A stretch of DNA of 64,000 nt, taken from the NCBI GenBank assembly GCA_964418895.1, contig CAYQND010000002.1, positions 212,093-276,092 of the forward strand, given 5' to 3'. A model generated the notes under the pieces. The model saw only the letters and a list, made by a program, of their open reading frames with translations, made no database searches and had not been told where the DNA came from. A program made the position numbers and the translations under genes. Of the stretch, positions 7,883 to 16,947 are shown piece by piece (within the stretch, counting starts at the first letter, position 1; the number at the start of each line of letters is the position of its first letter). Source of the DNA: an uncultured Lentimicrobiaceae bacterium. Its GTDB lineage: Bacteria > Bacteroidota > Bacteroidia > Bacteroidales > F082.

Positions 7883-10645
7883 TCAGACGACGATTTCCAC
7901 CTTGCTGCCGCCCGTCTTTTCTTTGGTGACGATGATCTGCTTGTCGATTTCTTTCAAGGCGGGAACGTGTGAGATGATGCCCACCAGCCTGTCGCCTTGT
8001 GTGAGGTCGTTCAAGGATTTTATGACTTGCGGAAGCGAGTTTTCGTCGAGCGAGCCGAAGCCTTCGTCGACGAACATGGTGTCGAGTTTGATGCCGCCGG
8101 AACTCGACTGCACTTCGTCGGACAATCCCAATGCCAGCGACAGCGCCGCCTTGAAGGACTCGCCACCCGAAAGCGACTTCACATCACGCGAGGTGCCGTT
8201 GTAGTGATCCACAATGTCGAGGTCGAGACCCGACTGCGAGCGGTTGTTGTCCGCCGACTCCTTCCGTTTCAACTCGTATTGTCCGCCTGACATGATCATG
8301 AATCTTGTGTTGGCGCGTTGAATGATGCGGTCGAAATAAGCCATCTGCACATAAGTCTCAAGCATGACTTTTTCCTTGCCGCTCAGGCTTCCGTTTGCAG
8401 TCCTGTATAGCGCAGACTTCCAACTATATTCGTTTTCAAGTCTTTTGATTTCGTTCGACTTGGTGCTGATGTTATTCAAAGCGGCTTCGTTGTTATTCCA
8501 GCGTGCGAAAATGGTCTGCTTCAGTTCGTTTTTCTTGGTTTTGGCTTCATTAAGTTCCGCCAGGCGCGCTTTTTCTTTTTCAATGTCGATGGTGCAGCCG
8601 TCTTTAAGTTGTTCTTTCAGCGAGACTAATCCGCCTTGCAGCGTGGAAATCTCGTTCTTGAGGTCGTCGTGTGCTTTTTTCGCTGCTTCAATTTCGTCGG
8701 ACAAGGCTTTGCTCTTCCTTTTCAGATCTTTGACTGCATTCTCGGCGCTGACTTTGTCCTTGTATTCCAATTCCTTCTTTTCGGCTTCGGCCATTTCCAG
8801 TTTCTCTTTCTTCTGAGTCTTGGCCGTGGTGAGGTCGGTCGTCAGTTTTGCGATAGCGTCGTTCACGTCTTTCAGCAGTTTCTCTTCTTGCGGAATGAGG
8901 CTGTCCAACTTCAGTTTGCGCTCCACGTTCTTGATTTCAATAGCGATTTTTATTTCCAGTTCGCTGATTGCCTTACGGAGGTTTTCAAGACGCTTGGCGA
9001 TTTCCAGGGGAACGGCATCAAATGGAACGTTTCCGAGAATCTCCGCAATCTGCACGTCGATGCCGGACTTCTTTTCATCTACTTTGCCCTTGGTTTCCTT
9101 ACAAATCTCACTACCATTCTTGACCCTTTCACTAAGTTTGTCCGTCTCCGATTTCAAATGTTTCAACTCATTTTCGGAAGGTGCGTTTGCGGCTTTTGTG
9201 GCCTTATGAGGATGCGTTGTTGCGCCGCAGACGGGACAAGGAGTGTTGTCTTTCAGTTTCTCAGCGAGGATGCCGGCCTGCTCTTTGAGGAACAAGTCAT
9301 ATTTCACATCATATTCATCCTTGTTGGCTTTATATGCCTCGTTGAGTTTAGTGAAGGCTTCCTGATAACGAGCGAGGTCACTTTTCAGAGAATCGTATTC
9401 CTTTATCCCGGTTTGCAATCCATTCAGTTTTGCGATGGTGTCTTTTGCGTTTTGCTTCTCGTTTTCGAGTGTAACTTTTTGAGCGCCAGCATTCTGAAGG
9501 CCATTCTGTTCCGCTTTGTAACTTTCTATGAGTTTGATTTTTTCTTCATTAGCCTTGTCATTGTGGTCTTTTTTCTGTTCTAAGTCGAGGATTAGGGTGT
9601 CAAGCCGTTTTATCTCGGATCCTATCTCGTCAAGTTTTGCATAGCGCGGCATCTTGGCTTCCAGTTTGGCTGCGGCATCATTAAGCCGGTCTATCTCAGA
9701 TGTTAGTTTCTGTTTGTCGTCTTTTATTTCTGACAATTTTTTGAGTTCAGGCTCTTTCTCCTTCAAGGTGTTTTCGTAGTCCAGCATCTTTTTTCGGGCT
9801 GTTTCGAAAGCCGTAGCCTTCTCGACATTGGTCTTGGCCTCGTCGCATTGCTTCTCGATTGCCGAAATCTCAAGTCCCAGATTTTGGTCCGTTTTTTTGT
9901 CGGCAGCCACCAATTCGGTTATTGCCGCGATGACATCCTGCATGGGCGATTCGCCGTTTTTCGCCTTGGCGATTTCCGAAAACAAGATGTCGTTCTCATC
10001 GCAGTTGACGCCGTTGATGTATTGTTTCACGCTGCGTTTCGCATCCTCGCATTTGCCGAACAGTGTTCCTGCTTCGGATTTCAGCCTTTCCTGAAGTTGC
10101 ACATACAAGTCGGTTTTGAATATTTTGCGGAAAATCGCCTGACGTTCTGGAGTTTCGGCGGTGATGAGTTTCATGAAATCGCCTTGGGCAATCATGGCGA
10201 TTTGGCAGAACTGGCGGCGGTCAACGCCAAGAATCTCCCGTATCTTCTCATCGACGGCGCTTATTCTGGTGAGCGGAGGCTGTCCGGGACAATTAAGTTC
10301 TGCCGACGCTTTCTCCTCGGTCATGCCGGAGCCTCTCAGGGCAGGACGCATATAGGAAGGGTTGCGCTTAACAGTGTATGTTTTGCCATTGTATTCGAAA
10401 CTCAGTTCGACGAAAGTGGGAATGTTCGGGTCGGCATACATCGACCGCAACATGTCGTTGGTGCGGTGTTCTCCTGATGCTTCGCCGAAAAGGGCGAAAG
10501 CGATGCCGTCGAAGATGGTGGTTTTTCCTGCGCCTGTGTCGCCGGTAATCAGATAGAGGCCGCTGCGTCCAAGTTTCGTGAAATCGACGGTGGTTTCGCC
10601 GGCATAAGGTCCGAAAGCCGACATGGTTAGCGTTAATGGTCTCAT
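7883..10645 (-). CDS. sbcC: SbcC-type SMC-like exonuclease ATPase subunit
   Basis: Walker A GDTGAGKTT, a long coiled coil with the zinc hook CPVCG, C-terminal LSGGE and DTMFVDEGFGSLD. The ATG at 10645 overlaps the sbcD stop (ATGA). The extra 92 codons of the listed ORF lie inside sbcD and are Arg/His junk. Confidence 0.9.
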   Translation of the reverse strand: MRPLTLTMSAFGPYAGETTVDFTKLGRSGLYLITGDTGAGKTTIFDGIAFALFGEASGEHRTNDMLRSMYADPNIPTFVELSFEYNGKTYTVKRNPSYMRPALRGSGMTEEKASAELNCPGQPPLTRISAVDEKIREILGVDRRQFCQIAMIAQGDFMKLITAETPERQAIFRKIFKTDLYVQLQERLKSEAGTLFGKCEDAKRSVKQYINGVNCDENDILFSEIAKAKNGESPMQDVIAAITELVAADKKTDQNLGLEISAIEKQCDEAKTNVEKATAFETARKKMLDYENTLKEKEPELKKLSEIKDDKQKLTSEIDRLNDAAAKLEAKMPRYAKLDEIGSEIKRLDTLILDLEQKKDHNDKANEEKIKLIESYKAEQNGLQNAGAQKVTLENEKQNAKDTIAKLNGLQTGIKEYDSLKSDLARYQEAFTKLNEAYKANKDEYDVKYDLFLKEQAGILAEKLKDNTPCPVCGATTHPHKATKAANAPSENELKHLKSETDKLSERVKNGSEICKETKGKVDEKKSGIDVQIAEILGNVPFDAVPLEIAKRLENLRKAISELEIKIAIEIKNVERKLKLDSLIPQEEKLLKDVNDAIAKLTTDLTTAKTQKKEKLEMAEAEKKELEYKDKVSAENAVKDLKRKSKALSDEIEAAKKAHDDLKNEISTLQGGLVSLKEQLKDGCTIDIEKEKARLAELNEAKTKKNELKQTIFARWNNNEAALNNISTKSNEIKRLENEYSWKSALYRTANGSLSGKEKVMLETYVQMAYFDRIIQRANTRFMIMSGGQYELKRKESADNNRSQSGLDLDIVDHYNGTSRDVKSLSGGESFKAALSLALGLSDEVQSSSGGIKLDTMFVDEGFGSLDENSLPQVIKSLNDLTQGDRLVGIISHVPALKEIDKQIIVTKEKTGGSKVEIVV

Positions 10646-11781
10646 GATTGGCCCTCCCAGATGTCTTTTATCAGACTGTCCATATAATTCTTCTGTTCTT
10701 CGCTCATCTCTTGTCCGTTTTGCTTTTTGAAAAGTTCCGAGAATAGGCTTATGGGCGTTTTTCGCTCCACGTCTTCGGCAGCGCCTATCGTGGCGACGGT
10801 GCGTGTGCGCCGGTTGTCGTAATGCAGTTCCATAAGGTTGTGATAGATGGTGCGGAGTCTCGCGATGGCATCGAGGATATCGTCTTCGTCTGTCAGCGTG
10901 ATGCGGACGTAGTCGTCGCAATAGGTTGTGCCTTCGTAGAAAGTTTTGGCGATGACTTCATCGTAAGTGCCGCGCAGGTCTTGCCAGTCGTGCTTGAACT
11001 TCAATGGCAGCGTTGTGATTTGCTGAGTGCCTTTGGGACCAAGTTCGACGAGGGTGACCGACTTGACGTCGTGCACTTCCGAAAAGGAATACTTCAAAGG
11101 CGAGCCGCAATAACGGATACGCGTGCCGTCGCAATTTTGCGGCCTGTGCAGATGTCCCAAGGCGACGTAATCGAAGGCATTAAAGACGGAAGCATCGACG
11201 TTGTCGAGTCCGCCGACAAAGGACTCCTCCGAATCGCTGTGCTCCGCGCCAGTGACGAATTGGTGGGCGATTATCACGTTTCGACGGTTTTGGTCAACGT
11301 CCATCGCGTCAACGGCAACTCTGGCGGCGTCGGTGTAGGTGACGATGTCGGCTTCCTGAAAACAGTGACGCACCGTGGCGGGCTTGACGAAAGGAAACAT
11401 GTAGAAAGCCACGTCGCCATATTCGTCGTGAAGCACAACGGGACTGACATTGCCGTTATAGACCGGAGCGAGATGGATGCCGCTTTTGTCCATGATGCGC
11501 GAGCCGAACGAAATCCGTTCAGCGGAATCGTGATTGCCGCTGATGACCATGACCTGGAGATTGCGTTCCGACAAGCGGAATAGAAAATCGTCGAACAGTT
11601 GAACGGCTTCTGCCGCTGGCACAGTCTTGTCGTAAACGTCGCCGGCGATGATGACAGCATCAGGCTTCTCATCATCGACGATTTTGAGGATTTCCTTTAA
11701 CACGAATTGCTGATCCTCAAGCATGGAATACTCGTTGATGCGTTTGCCAAGATGAAGGTCGGAGAGATGGATGAGTTTCAT
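10642..11781 (-). CDS. sbcD: SbcD/Mre11-type exonuclease nuclease subunit
   Basis: Calcineurin-like motifs are present (MKLIHLSDLHLGK, GDVYD, SGNHD, GHLH). The start at 11781 follows a -7 box. Confidence 0.9.
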   Translation of the reverse strand: MKLIHLSDLHLGKRINEYSMLEDQQFVLKEILKIVDDEKPDAVIIAGDVYDKTVPAAEAVQLFDDFLFRLSERNLQVMVISGNHDSAERISFGSRIMDKSGIHLAPVYNGNVSPVVLHDEYGDVAFYMFPFVKPATVRHCFQEADIVTYTDAARVAVDAMDVDQNRRNVIIAHQFVTGAEHSDSEESFVGGLDNVDASVFNAFDYVALGHLHRPQNCDGTRIRYCGSPLKYSFSEVHDVKSVTLVELGPKGTQQITTLPLKFKHDWQDLRGTYDEVIAKTFYEGTTYCDDYVRITLTDEDDILDAIARLRTIYHNLMELHYDNRRTRTVATIGAAEDVERKTPISLFSELFKKQNGQEMSEEQKNYMDSLIKDIWEGQS

Positions 11782-11829
11782 AATGCGAGAAGCGTTTCTG
11801 GATGTTGCGGCACACGATTGTTTATTATG

Positions 11830-11837
11830 CAAAAATA
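11830..11837 (-). promoter_or_regulatory. -7 promoter box (minus strand TATTTTTG)
   Basis: The + strand reads CAAAAATA, 48 nt upstream of the sbcD ATG. Confidence 0.35.
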
Positions 11838-11967
11838 GGCAATATGTCCCTAAAAAGCCAGTCAAGAGGGTAAAAATCACTACTGAAAAAGACGTTTATC
11901 CGACACATCGCTGTATTCAAAGATAATGATAGAAGAACGATTTCAATCGTGCTATCCGAAAATGGCT

Positions 11968-11975
11968 TATCTTTG
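11968..11975 (+). promoter_or_regulatory. -7 promoter box TATCTTTG
   Basis: 22 nt upstream of the ATG at 11998. Confidence 0.45.
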
Positions 11976-11997
11976 GAGTCTATAACAAACAACAAAC

Positions 11998-13593
11998 ATG
12001 AAAACCCTATTCCGTGCTGGCTTGATCTACGATGGATCTGCTTCTGAACCGTTTATCGGTGATGTCCTCATCGAGGATGACCTTATTGTTGACGTGGCGC
12101 CACAAATTGTCTGCGATGACGCCCAGGTTGTTGACATCAGCGGCCTTTCCATCGCTCCTGGCTTTTTCGACGCCCATTCGCACAACGACTGGTTTGCCAT
12201 TCACCAGAATCCAATCAACTATTTCGAGCCATTTATCAGGCAGGGAATCACATCTTTTGTCACCGGCAACTGCGGCTTGTCTGCCGTGGGCTTCGAGAAG
12301 GACACTCCGAATCTTGACAAAATCGGAGGCGGTCTGTTTGGCTACCGAGGACAGACTACCGGAAACTATCCCAGTCCCAAGTCCTTTTTCGATGCGATAG
12401 ACCGCAACACGCCTTGCAACATTGCACTTCTGATAGGACATTGCTCGGCACGTGCCAGCGTTACGGGATACGATAACGTTTTATTGGACGAAAGCCAGAT
12501 GAAACGGATGCTGGCCATCATGGAACAAGGATTGCAGGAAGGCGCTTGCGGACTGTCGTTGGGACTGATGTACAACCCTGGAATCTTCGCTCCTAAGGAG
12601 GAACTTCGGGAAGTCGCCAAACTTTGCGAAAAATACGACCGCCCCATGACTGTGCATCCACGAGCCGAGTCCAAGGTGTCGATGGACTATCCTTTGATTG
12701 GACGGTCGCACATCCTCAGAGCCCTTGACGAACTTGTCGAGGTGTGCAGCGGACTTAAAATGAAATTCGAGTATAGCCACGCCATCTTCGTGGGACGCAA
12801 CACTTTCGGTGACAAAGACAAGTTTCACAGCATTCTCGCCGAGATGCGTAAGAATGGCGTTGACGCCATGTTCGACATCTACAACGAAACGCTCGGCGTG
12901 AGCGTCATCACCGTGGTGATGCCGACTTGGTTTCAGGGATTGCCGATGGAAAAACGTCACACATGGTGGAACCGCTTAAAACTTTCGGTGCTTTGCAAAG
13001 CCACCACGACGTTGTTGGGTCTCTATTGGAGCGACATCATCGTTGCTTACGTAGGCGAAGGAAACGAGAAATGGGAAGGGAAAAGCATAGCCCAATGCGC
13101 CAAGGAGATGGGCAAGAGTTGCGTTGACGCCTATCTGGACATCTGCGAGATGAGCGACTGGAAAGGGCGCATCAACATGGGACCTTACACCACTCCCGAC
13201 ATCATCGCATGGCAATCGCGACAGGACAACTGTCTCTACATGACCGACGCTTGGGTGGAAGATCACGGCGTGCAGAATCCGGCAATTTACGACTGCTTCC
13301 CGAAGTTCCTTCGCAGTTCGCTTTTAGGCATAGGCGACACCATGCCAAAAACCATTCGCAAGATGAGCGGCGCTGTTGCTGACAGATTTTCGATAAAAGA
13401 CAGAGGATATATCCGGAAAGGTTATTTCGCCGATTTGACAGTCTTTGATGAAACGGCACTGAAATCGGCCACTCCCGACCAGTCACGCTCATTCGGAATC
13501 GAAAAAGTGTGGATCAACGGCGTCAATGTGCTTGACGGCGGACAACTTGATACCGAAGCGGTGAAGACAAGCGGCAGAGCGCTAAGAAGTTGA
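11998..13593 (+). CDS. amidohydrolase family protein (N-acyl-D-amino-acid deacylase-like)
   Basis: The N-terminal pattern GLIYDG...GDVLIEDDLI...APGFFDAHSHND is typical of the D-aminoacylase branch of metal-dependent amidohydrolases. Confidence 0.8.
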   Translation: MKTLFRAGLIYDGSASEPFIGDVLIEDDLIVDVAPQIVCDDAQVVDISGLSIAPGFFDAHSHNDWFAIHQNPINYFEPFIRQGITSFVTGNCGLSAVGFEKDTPNLDKIGGGLFGYRGQTTGNYPSPKSFFDAIDRNTPCNIALLIGHCSARASVTGYDNVLLDESQMKRMLAIMEQGLQEGACGLSLGLMYNPGIFAPKEELREVAKLCEKYDRPMTVHPRAESKVSMDYPLIGRSHILRALDELVEVCSGLKMKFEYSHAIFVGRNTFGDKDKFHSILAEMRKNGVDAMFDIYNETLGVSVITVVMPTWFQGLPMEKRHTWWNRLKLSVLCKATTTLLGLYWSDIIVAYVGEGNEKWEGKSIAQCAKEMGKSCVDAYLDICEMSDWKGRINMGPYTTPDIIAWQSRQDNCLYMTDAWVEDHGVQNPAIYDCFPKFLRSSLLGIGDTMPKTIRKMSGAVADRFSIKDRGYIRKGYFADLTVFDETALKSATPDQSRSFGIEKVWINGVNVLDGGQLDTEAVKTSGRALRS

Positions 13594-14123
13594 ACGTGTC
13601 GCCCACCATCAGAATAGGATATTACCATTCCCCTTGCGGAATACTTGTGCTTGGCGCCTTCGATGGCAGACTTTGTCTGTGCGATTGGGAAAATGGCAAG
13701 CACCGCGACCTTGTGGGCCGTAAGATTCAGCAAGGATTAAAGGCACATTTCGAAGAAGGAAAAAACGAAATGTTGGCGAAGGCCGAAAGGCAACTTGACG
13801 AATATTTCGCAAAAAAACGCACCACATTCGACCTTCCGCTTCTGTTTGTCGGAACGGAATTTCAGAAGACAGTCTGGAACGCCCTTCTGACGATACCTTA
13901 CGGAAAGACAATATCTTACGGCGATTTGGCGAAGCAAATCGGAATGCCGACAGCCGTCCGCGCCGTCGCTAATGCAAACAGCATGAACGCCCTTTCGATA
14001 ATCGCTCCTTGCCACCGCGTCATCGGCAGCAACCACACGCTGACCGGATATGCTGGCGGACTTGCTGCAAAACAGATGCTTCTTGAACTGGAATCCGGAC
14101 AAGATACGCTTAAAGTAAGATAA
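13590..14123 (+). CDS. ogt: methylated-DNA--protein-cysteine methyltransferase
   Basis: PCHRVIGSN is the active-site motif, and TIPYGKTISYGDLA is also present. The start is uncertain: TTG at 13590 overlaps the upstream stop, and GTG at 13596 is an alternative. Confidence 0.85.
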   Translation: MNVSPTIRIGYYHSPCGILVLGAFDGRLCLCDWENGKHRDLVGRKIQQGLKAHFEEGKNEMLAKAERQLDEYFAKKRTTFDLPLLFVGTEFQKTVWNALLTIPYGKTISYGDLAKQIGMPTAVRAVANANSMNALSIIAPCHRVIGSNHTLTGYAGGLAAKQMLLELESGQDTLKVR

Positions 14124-14252
14124 GCAACTGATTTTCAGTAAAGTATTATTACAAAATACAGAAACGTTTGTTTTTGAACGACATCGAGCCATGAAGGAAG
14201 GAATTTCGGATTCGGACAGCCGATGGAAGGCCGTCTTTTTGATGATTTGTCC

Positions 14253-14260
14253 TATTTTTG
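14253..14260 (+). promoter_or_regulatory. -7 promoter box TATTTTTG
   Basis: 18 nt upstream of the ATG at 14279. Confidence 0.45.
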
Positions 14261-14278
14261 TGCCATAAATACAACACC

Positions 14279-15298
14279 ATGTCCGTCATCCAAAATATGG
14301 CCTTGCACTTCGTGGGCAACAAACTCGCCGAAGAAGGTCTCGTCTGCTCCAAAGGTCTTTTGTCCACCGACAACGATATCCGCAACATCCTGCACGACTA
14401 TTTCATACAAGTGTTTCTTTCCGAAGAACAGTTTTGCTTTACGCACGAAAACGGCTTGAAATACAACGAAGTGTATGACATCGTTTCGGAAATCTTTGAC
14501 GATACCGACAGTCTGTACATCAATTCCGTGAAGTTGGCGAAACATCTTTACGAAACCAGCGACCATCCTAAAATCAAGGCGGGAGAGTTTTACGTGGTGC
14601 ATTTCACCGATTGCGACTTTCATGGGCAGCATTGCGACGCCATCGGACTTTTCAAATCGGAAAACAAGGATACTTTTCTCCGCGTGTGGAGTTCGGAAAA
14701 CGGCTTGAATCTGGCTCCCGAAAAGGGCATAAATACAAATAAACTCGACAAAGGTTGCCTTATCTACAACACGGAGCGCGATAACGGTTACATCGTCACT
14801 GTCGTTGACAACACCAACCGCAGCGAAGCCCAATACTGGATTGACGGCTTTTTGAACATCATCCAGAAACAGGACGAATACTTCAACACGCACACCATGC
14901 TGTCGATGACGAAAAGGTTCGTCACCAAAGAGTTGCCGCAGAAGTTCGAAGTGTCGAAAGCCGACCAGGCCGACATGCTCAACCGCTCTGTCGCTTATTT
15001 CAAAGGAAAGGATCACTTCGACATGGACGAGTTTTCCAAGGAAGTCATCGAACAGCCCGCCGTCATCGAGAGTTTCCATAGTTTCAGAAACACTTTCGAA
15101 GAACACGAAGACATCTCGCTTTCCGACCATTTCGACATCAACGACTCGGCGGTCAAGAAGCAGACGCGCGCGTTCCGAAGTGTCATCAAACTCGACAAGA
15201 ACTTCCACATCTACGTCCATGGCAACCGCAACCTAATAGAACAGGGCGAAGACGACAAGGGCAAGTATTACAAAGTCTATTACAAACAGGAATCGTGA
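14279..15298 (+). CDS. nucleoid-associated protein, NdpA/YejK-like
   Basis: The N-terminus MSVIQNMALHFVGNK, the length (~340 aa) and overall pattern resemble Bacteroidetes proteins annotated as NdpA-family. This is from memory and was not searched. Confidence 0.7.
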   Translation: MSVIQNMALHFVGNKLAEEGLVCSKGLLSTDNDIRNILHDYFIQVFLSEEQFCFTHENGLKYNEVYDIVSEIFDDTDSLYINSVKLAKHLYETSDHPKIKAGEFYVVHFTDCDFHGQHCDAIGLFKSENKDTFLRVWSSENGLNLAPEKGINTNKLDKGCLIYNTERDNGYIVTVVDNTNRSEAQYWIDGFLNIIQKQDEYFNTHTMLSMTKRFVTKELPQKFEVSKADQADMLNRSVAYFKGKDHFDMDEFSKEVIEQPAVIESFHSFRNTFEEHEDISLSDHFDINDSAVKKQTRAFRSVIKLDKNFHIYVHGNRNLIEQGEDDKGKYYKVYYKQES

Positions 15299-15792
15299 TG
15301 AAAACCGCCCCTTGCTCCGAAGCCGACATCCGAAACATCATCGACATCTGTGAAGAAGTCTGGCAGGCGCTGCCCGACAAGACTTTGCTGCGCCACAACA
15401 CGCCTGAGATGCTGGCTTCGTGCGTCAAGGAACCCAACGTCACGCTCGGCGTGTGGGACGACGGTCAACTTGTGGCTTTGGGCGTGCTGTATGTCCCGCA
15501 ATGCGATGAAGAAGACGTCGCGAACGAACTCGGACTCGCCGGATGGCATAAAGCCGCCAACCAGAAATTGTTTGTCGTGAAAGAACAGTACAGGGGACAA
15601 GGCCTTCAGCGCCATCTGATAATCCGCCTTGAGCAGATTGCCAGACAAAAAGGCTTCGACTTGCTTTGCACCACTTGTGCGCCAAACAACAGTCATAGCA
15701 TTGGCAACTTCGAAAAAGAAGGCTACCGCTTTGCCAAAACCGAAATAAAATACGGCGGTCTCGCCCGGAATCTGTACTACAAATTCATCTGA
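15295..15792 (+). CDS. GNAT family N-acetyltransferase
   Basis: YRGQGLQRHL fits the acetyl-CoA binding motif Q/RxxGxG/A. The ATG overlaps the upstream stop (ATGA at 15295). Confidence 0.8.
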   Translation: MMKTAPCSEADIRNIIDICEEVWQALPDKTLLRHNTPEMLASCVKEPNVTLGVWDDGQLVALGVLYVPQCDEEDVANELGLAGWHKAANQKLFVVKEQYRGQGLQRHLIIRLEQIARQKGFDLLCTTCAPNNSHSIGNFEKEGYRFAKTEIKYGGLARNLYYKFI

Positions 15793-16009
15793 ACGACAGC
15801 AGATTTCATCAGATTAAGCCGTTTTTCTCTCTTTTTTGGAATTATTGCAACTAACTGGATATTAATAATATATCCGTTATTAAACGTTTACTTTCGACTA
15901 TAAACGGATAATCAGCGACTTAGTCTTGACAGCCGCTGTTACTTTGCATCGTCAAACCAAACGAATGGTGATGACAGATTGAATTGCAAACTTTAAAAAC
16001 ATCCGTAAA

Positions 16010-16342
16010 ATGAATACAATGATGAATTCGGTCCAACTTATTGGCCGCCCAGGGAATGAACCCGAAGTGAAGACATTTGACAACAACCGCGTTGTGGCGC
16101 GTTTCGACATGGCCGTGAACGTGAAACGTAACAAGAAAGCGCAATGGTTTAGAATTGTGGCTTGGGACAAGACTGCGGAACGCGTTGCGTGCTGCATCAA
16201 GAAAGGCATGCAAATCGCCATCGATGGCACCCTGCTTAACGACAACTGGACTGATGCCGCCGGCGTGCGCAGAAACATGACGGAAATCAGACTGAACAAC
16301 TTCCTTCTTGTAGATTGGAATGACAACAAAAACTTAGCGTAA
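16010..16342 (+). CDS. ssb: single-stranded DNA-binding protein, short form without C-terminal tail
   Basis: OB-fold pattern NSVQLIGRPGNEPEVK...AQWFRIVAWDKTAE. Only 110 aa, with no Gly/Pro linker and no acidic DDxPF tip. Confidence 0.85.
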   Translation: MNTMMNSVQLIGRPGNEPEVKTFDNNRVVARFDMAVNVKRNKKAQWFRIVAWDKTAERVACCIKKGMQIAIDGTLLNDNWTDAAGVRRNMTEIRLNNFLLVDWNDNKNLA

Positions 16343-16382
16343 ACTACACACATAATTATTTAACCCACAAACACTTAGAATC

Positions 16383-16724
16383 ATGAGTACAATGAGAAAT
16401 TCGGTCCAACTTATCGGCCGCCCGGGCAATGACCCAGAATTGAAGAAATTTGAAAACAATCGCGTTGTCATGCATTTCAGCCTTGCTGTGAACGACAGTT
16501 ATCTGGATGCCAACAAGAAACGCGTGGAAAACACACAATGGTTCCCAATCGTGGCTTGGGACAAACTGGCCGAAAACATGGCCAACATGATCAAGAAAGG
16601 CAAACAAGTTGCGATAGAAGGTTCCTTGCGCAACCGCGACTGGACCGATAACGATGGCGTCAGGCATTTCGTCACCGAAGTCTATGCCAGCAACTTCTTT
16701 CTGATAGAACGGACCCAAAACTAA
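16383..16724 (+). CDS. ssb: single-stranded DNA-binding protein, short form without C-terminal tail (paralogue)
   Basis: NSVQLIGRPGNDPELK...TQWFPIVAWDKLAE. 113 aa, roughly half identical to the upstream copy. Confidence 0.85.
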   Translation: MSTMRNSVQLIGRPGNDPELKKFENNRVVMHFSLAVNDSYLDANKKRVENTQWFPIVAWDKLAENMANMIKKGKQVAIEGSLRNRDWTDNDGVRHFVTEVYASNFFLIERTQN

Positions 16725-16753
16725 AATTCACGAACCGATTAGATTCGGTTGAA

Positions 16754-16779
16754 AGCCATGGCGTGCCATGGCTTTTTTT
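16754..16779 (+). terminator. rho-independent terminator after the SSB pair
   Basis: AGCCATGG-CGTG-CCATGGCT hairpin followed by a run of 7 T. Confidence 0.7.
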
Positions 16780-16914
16780 GTGCCTTGACGGAAACGCATC
16801 ATCACACGATTCATGAAATGTATATCGACATGAATATCCGGCAGACCGCAGCGTTAGCAACAAATTGAACCTGACAAGTTTATTCTGTCGCTGTCATGTT
16901 AAAGGACAATTGTT

Positions 16915-16922
16915 TATCTTTG
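16915..16922 (+). promoter_or_regulatory. -7 promoter box TATCTTTG
   Basis: 25 nt upstream of the ATG at 16948. Confidence 0.45.
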
Positions 16923-16947
16923 CACATTCACCACATAATCGTTGGCC

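Noticed and set aside
8364-9583. Several + strand ORFs (150, 315 and 129 aa) with S/F/L-rich low-complexity translations.
   Set aside because: They are antisense to the coiled-coil region of sbcC. The low complexity simply reflects the complement of a K/E/L-rich coiled-coil coding sequence.
10646-10921. A 92-codon N-terminal extension of the sbcC ORF. Similar extensions occur at 3667..3864, 19180..19461, 27507..27785 and 58781..58903.
   Set aside because: The extensions overlap the upstream gene or contain the promoter box. They translate to non-homologous Arg/His-rich or hydrophobic junk. The internal ATG gives the canonical N-terminus, for example MRPLTLTMSAFGPY with an ATGA overlap to sbcD.
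7883-11781. sbcCD as part of a defence system (SMC-like ATPase plus nuclease pairs occur in several anti-phage systems).
   Set aside because: The architecture is the standard housekeeping SbcC (Walker A, Zn hook, LSGGE) and SbcD (Mre11 motifs) pair with an ATGA overlap. No extra partner genes are present and the neighbours are ordinary metabolic genes.
13590-13593. Start/stop overlap between the D-aminoacylase-like gene and ogt, as a possible functional link.
   Set aside because: The ogt start codon is uncertain (TTG or GTG). The two functions are unrelated, and the overlap most likely reflects compact gene packing only.
14252-15220. A 322-aa minus-strand ORF.
   Set aside because: It is antisense to the NdpA-like gene, has a repetitive D/V/F-rich translation, and has no promoter box or recognisable domain. 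Shadow ORF.
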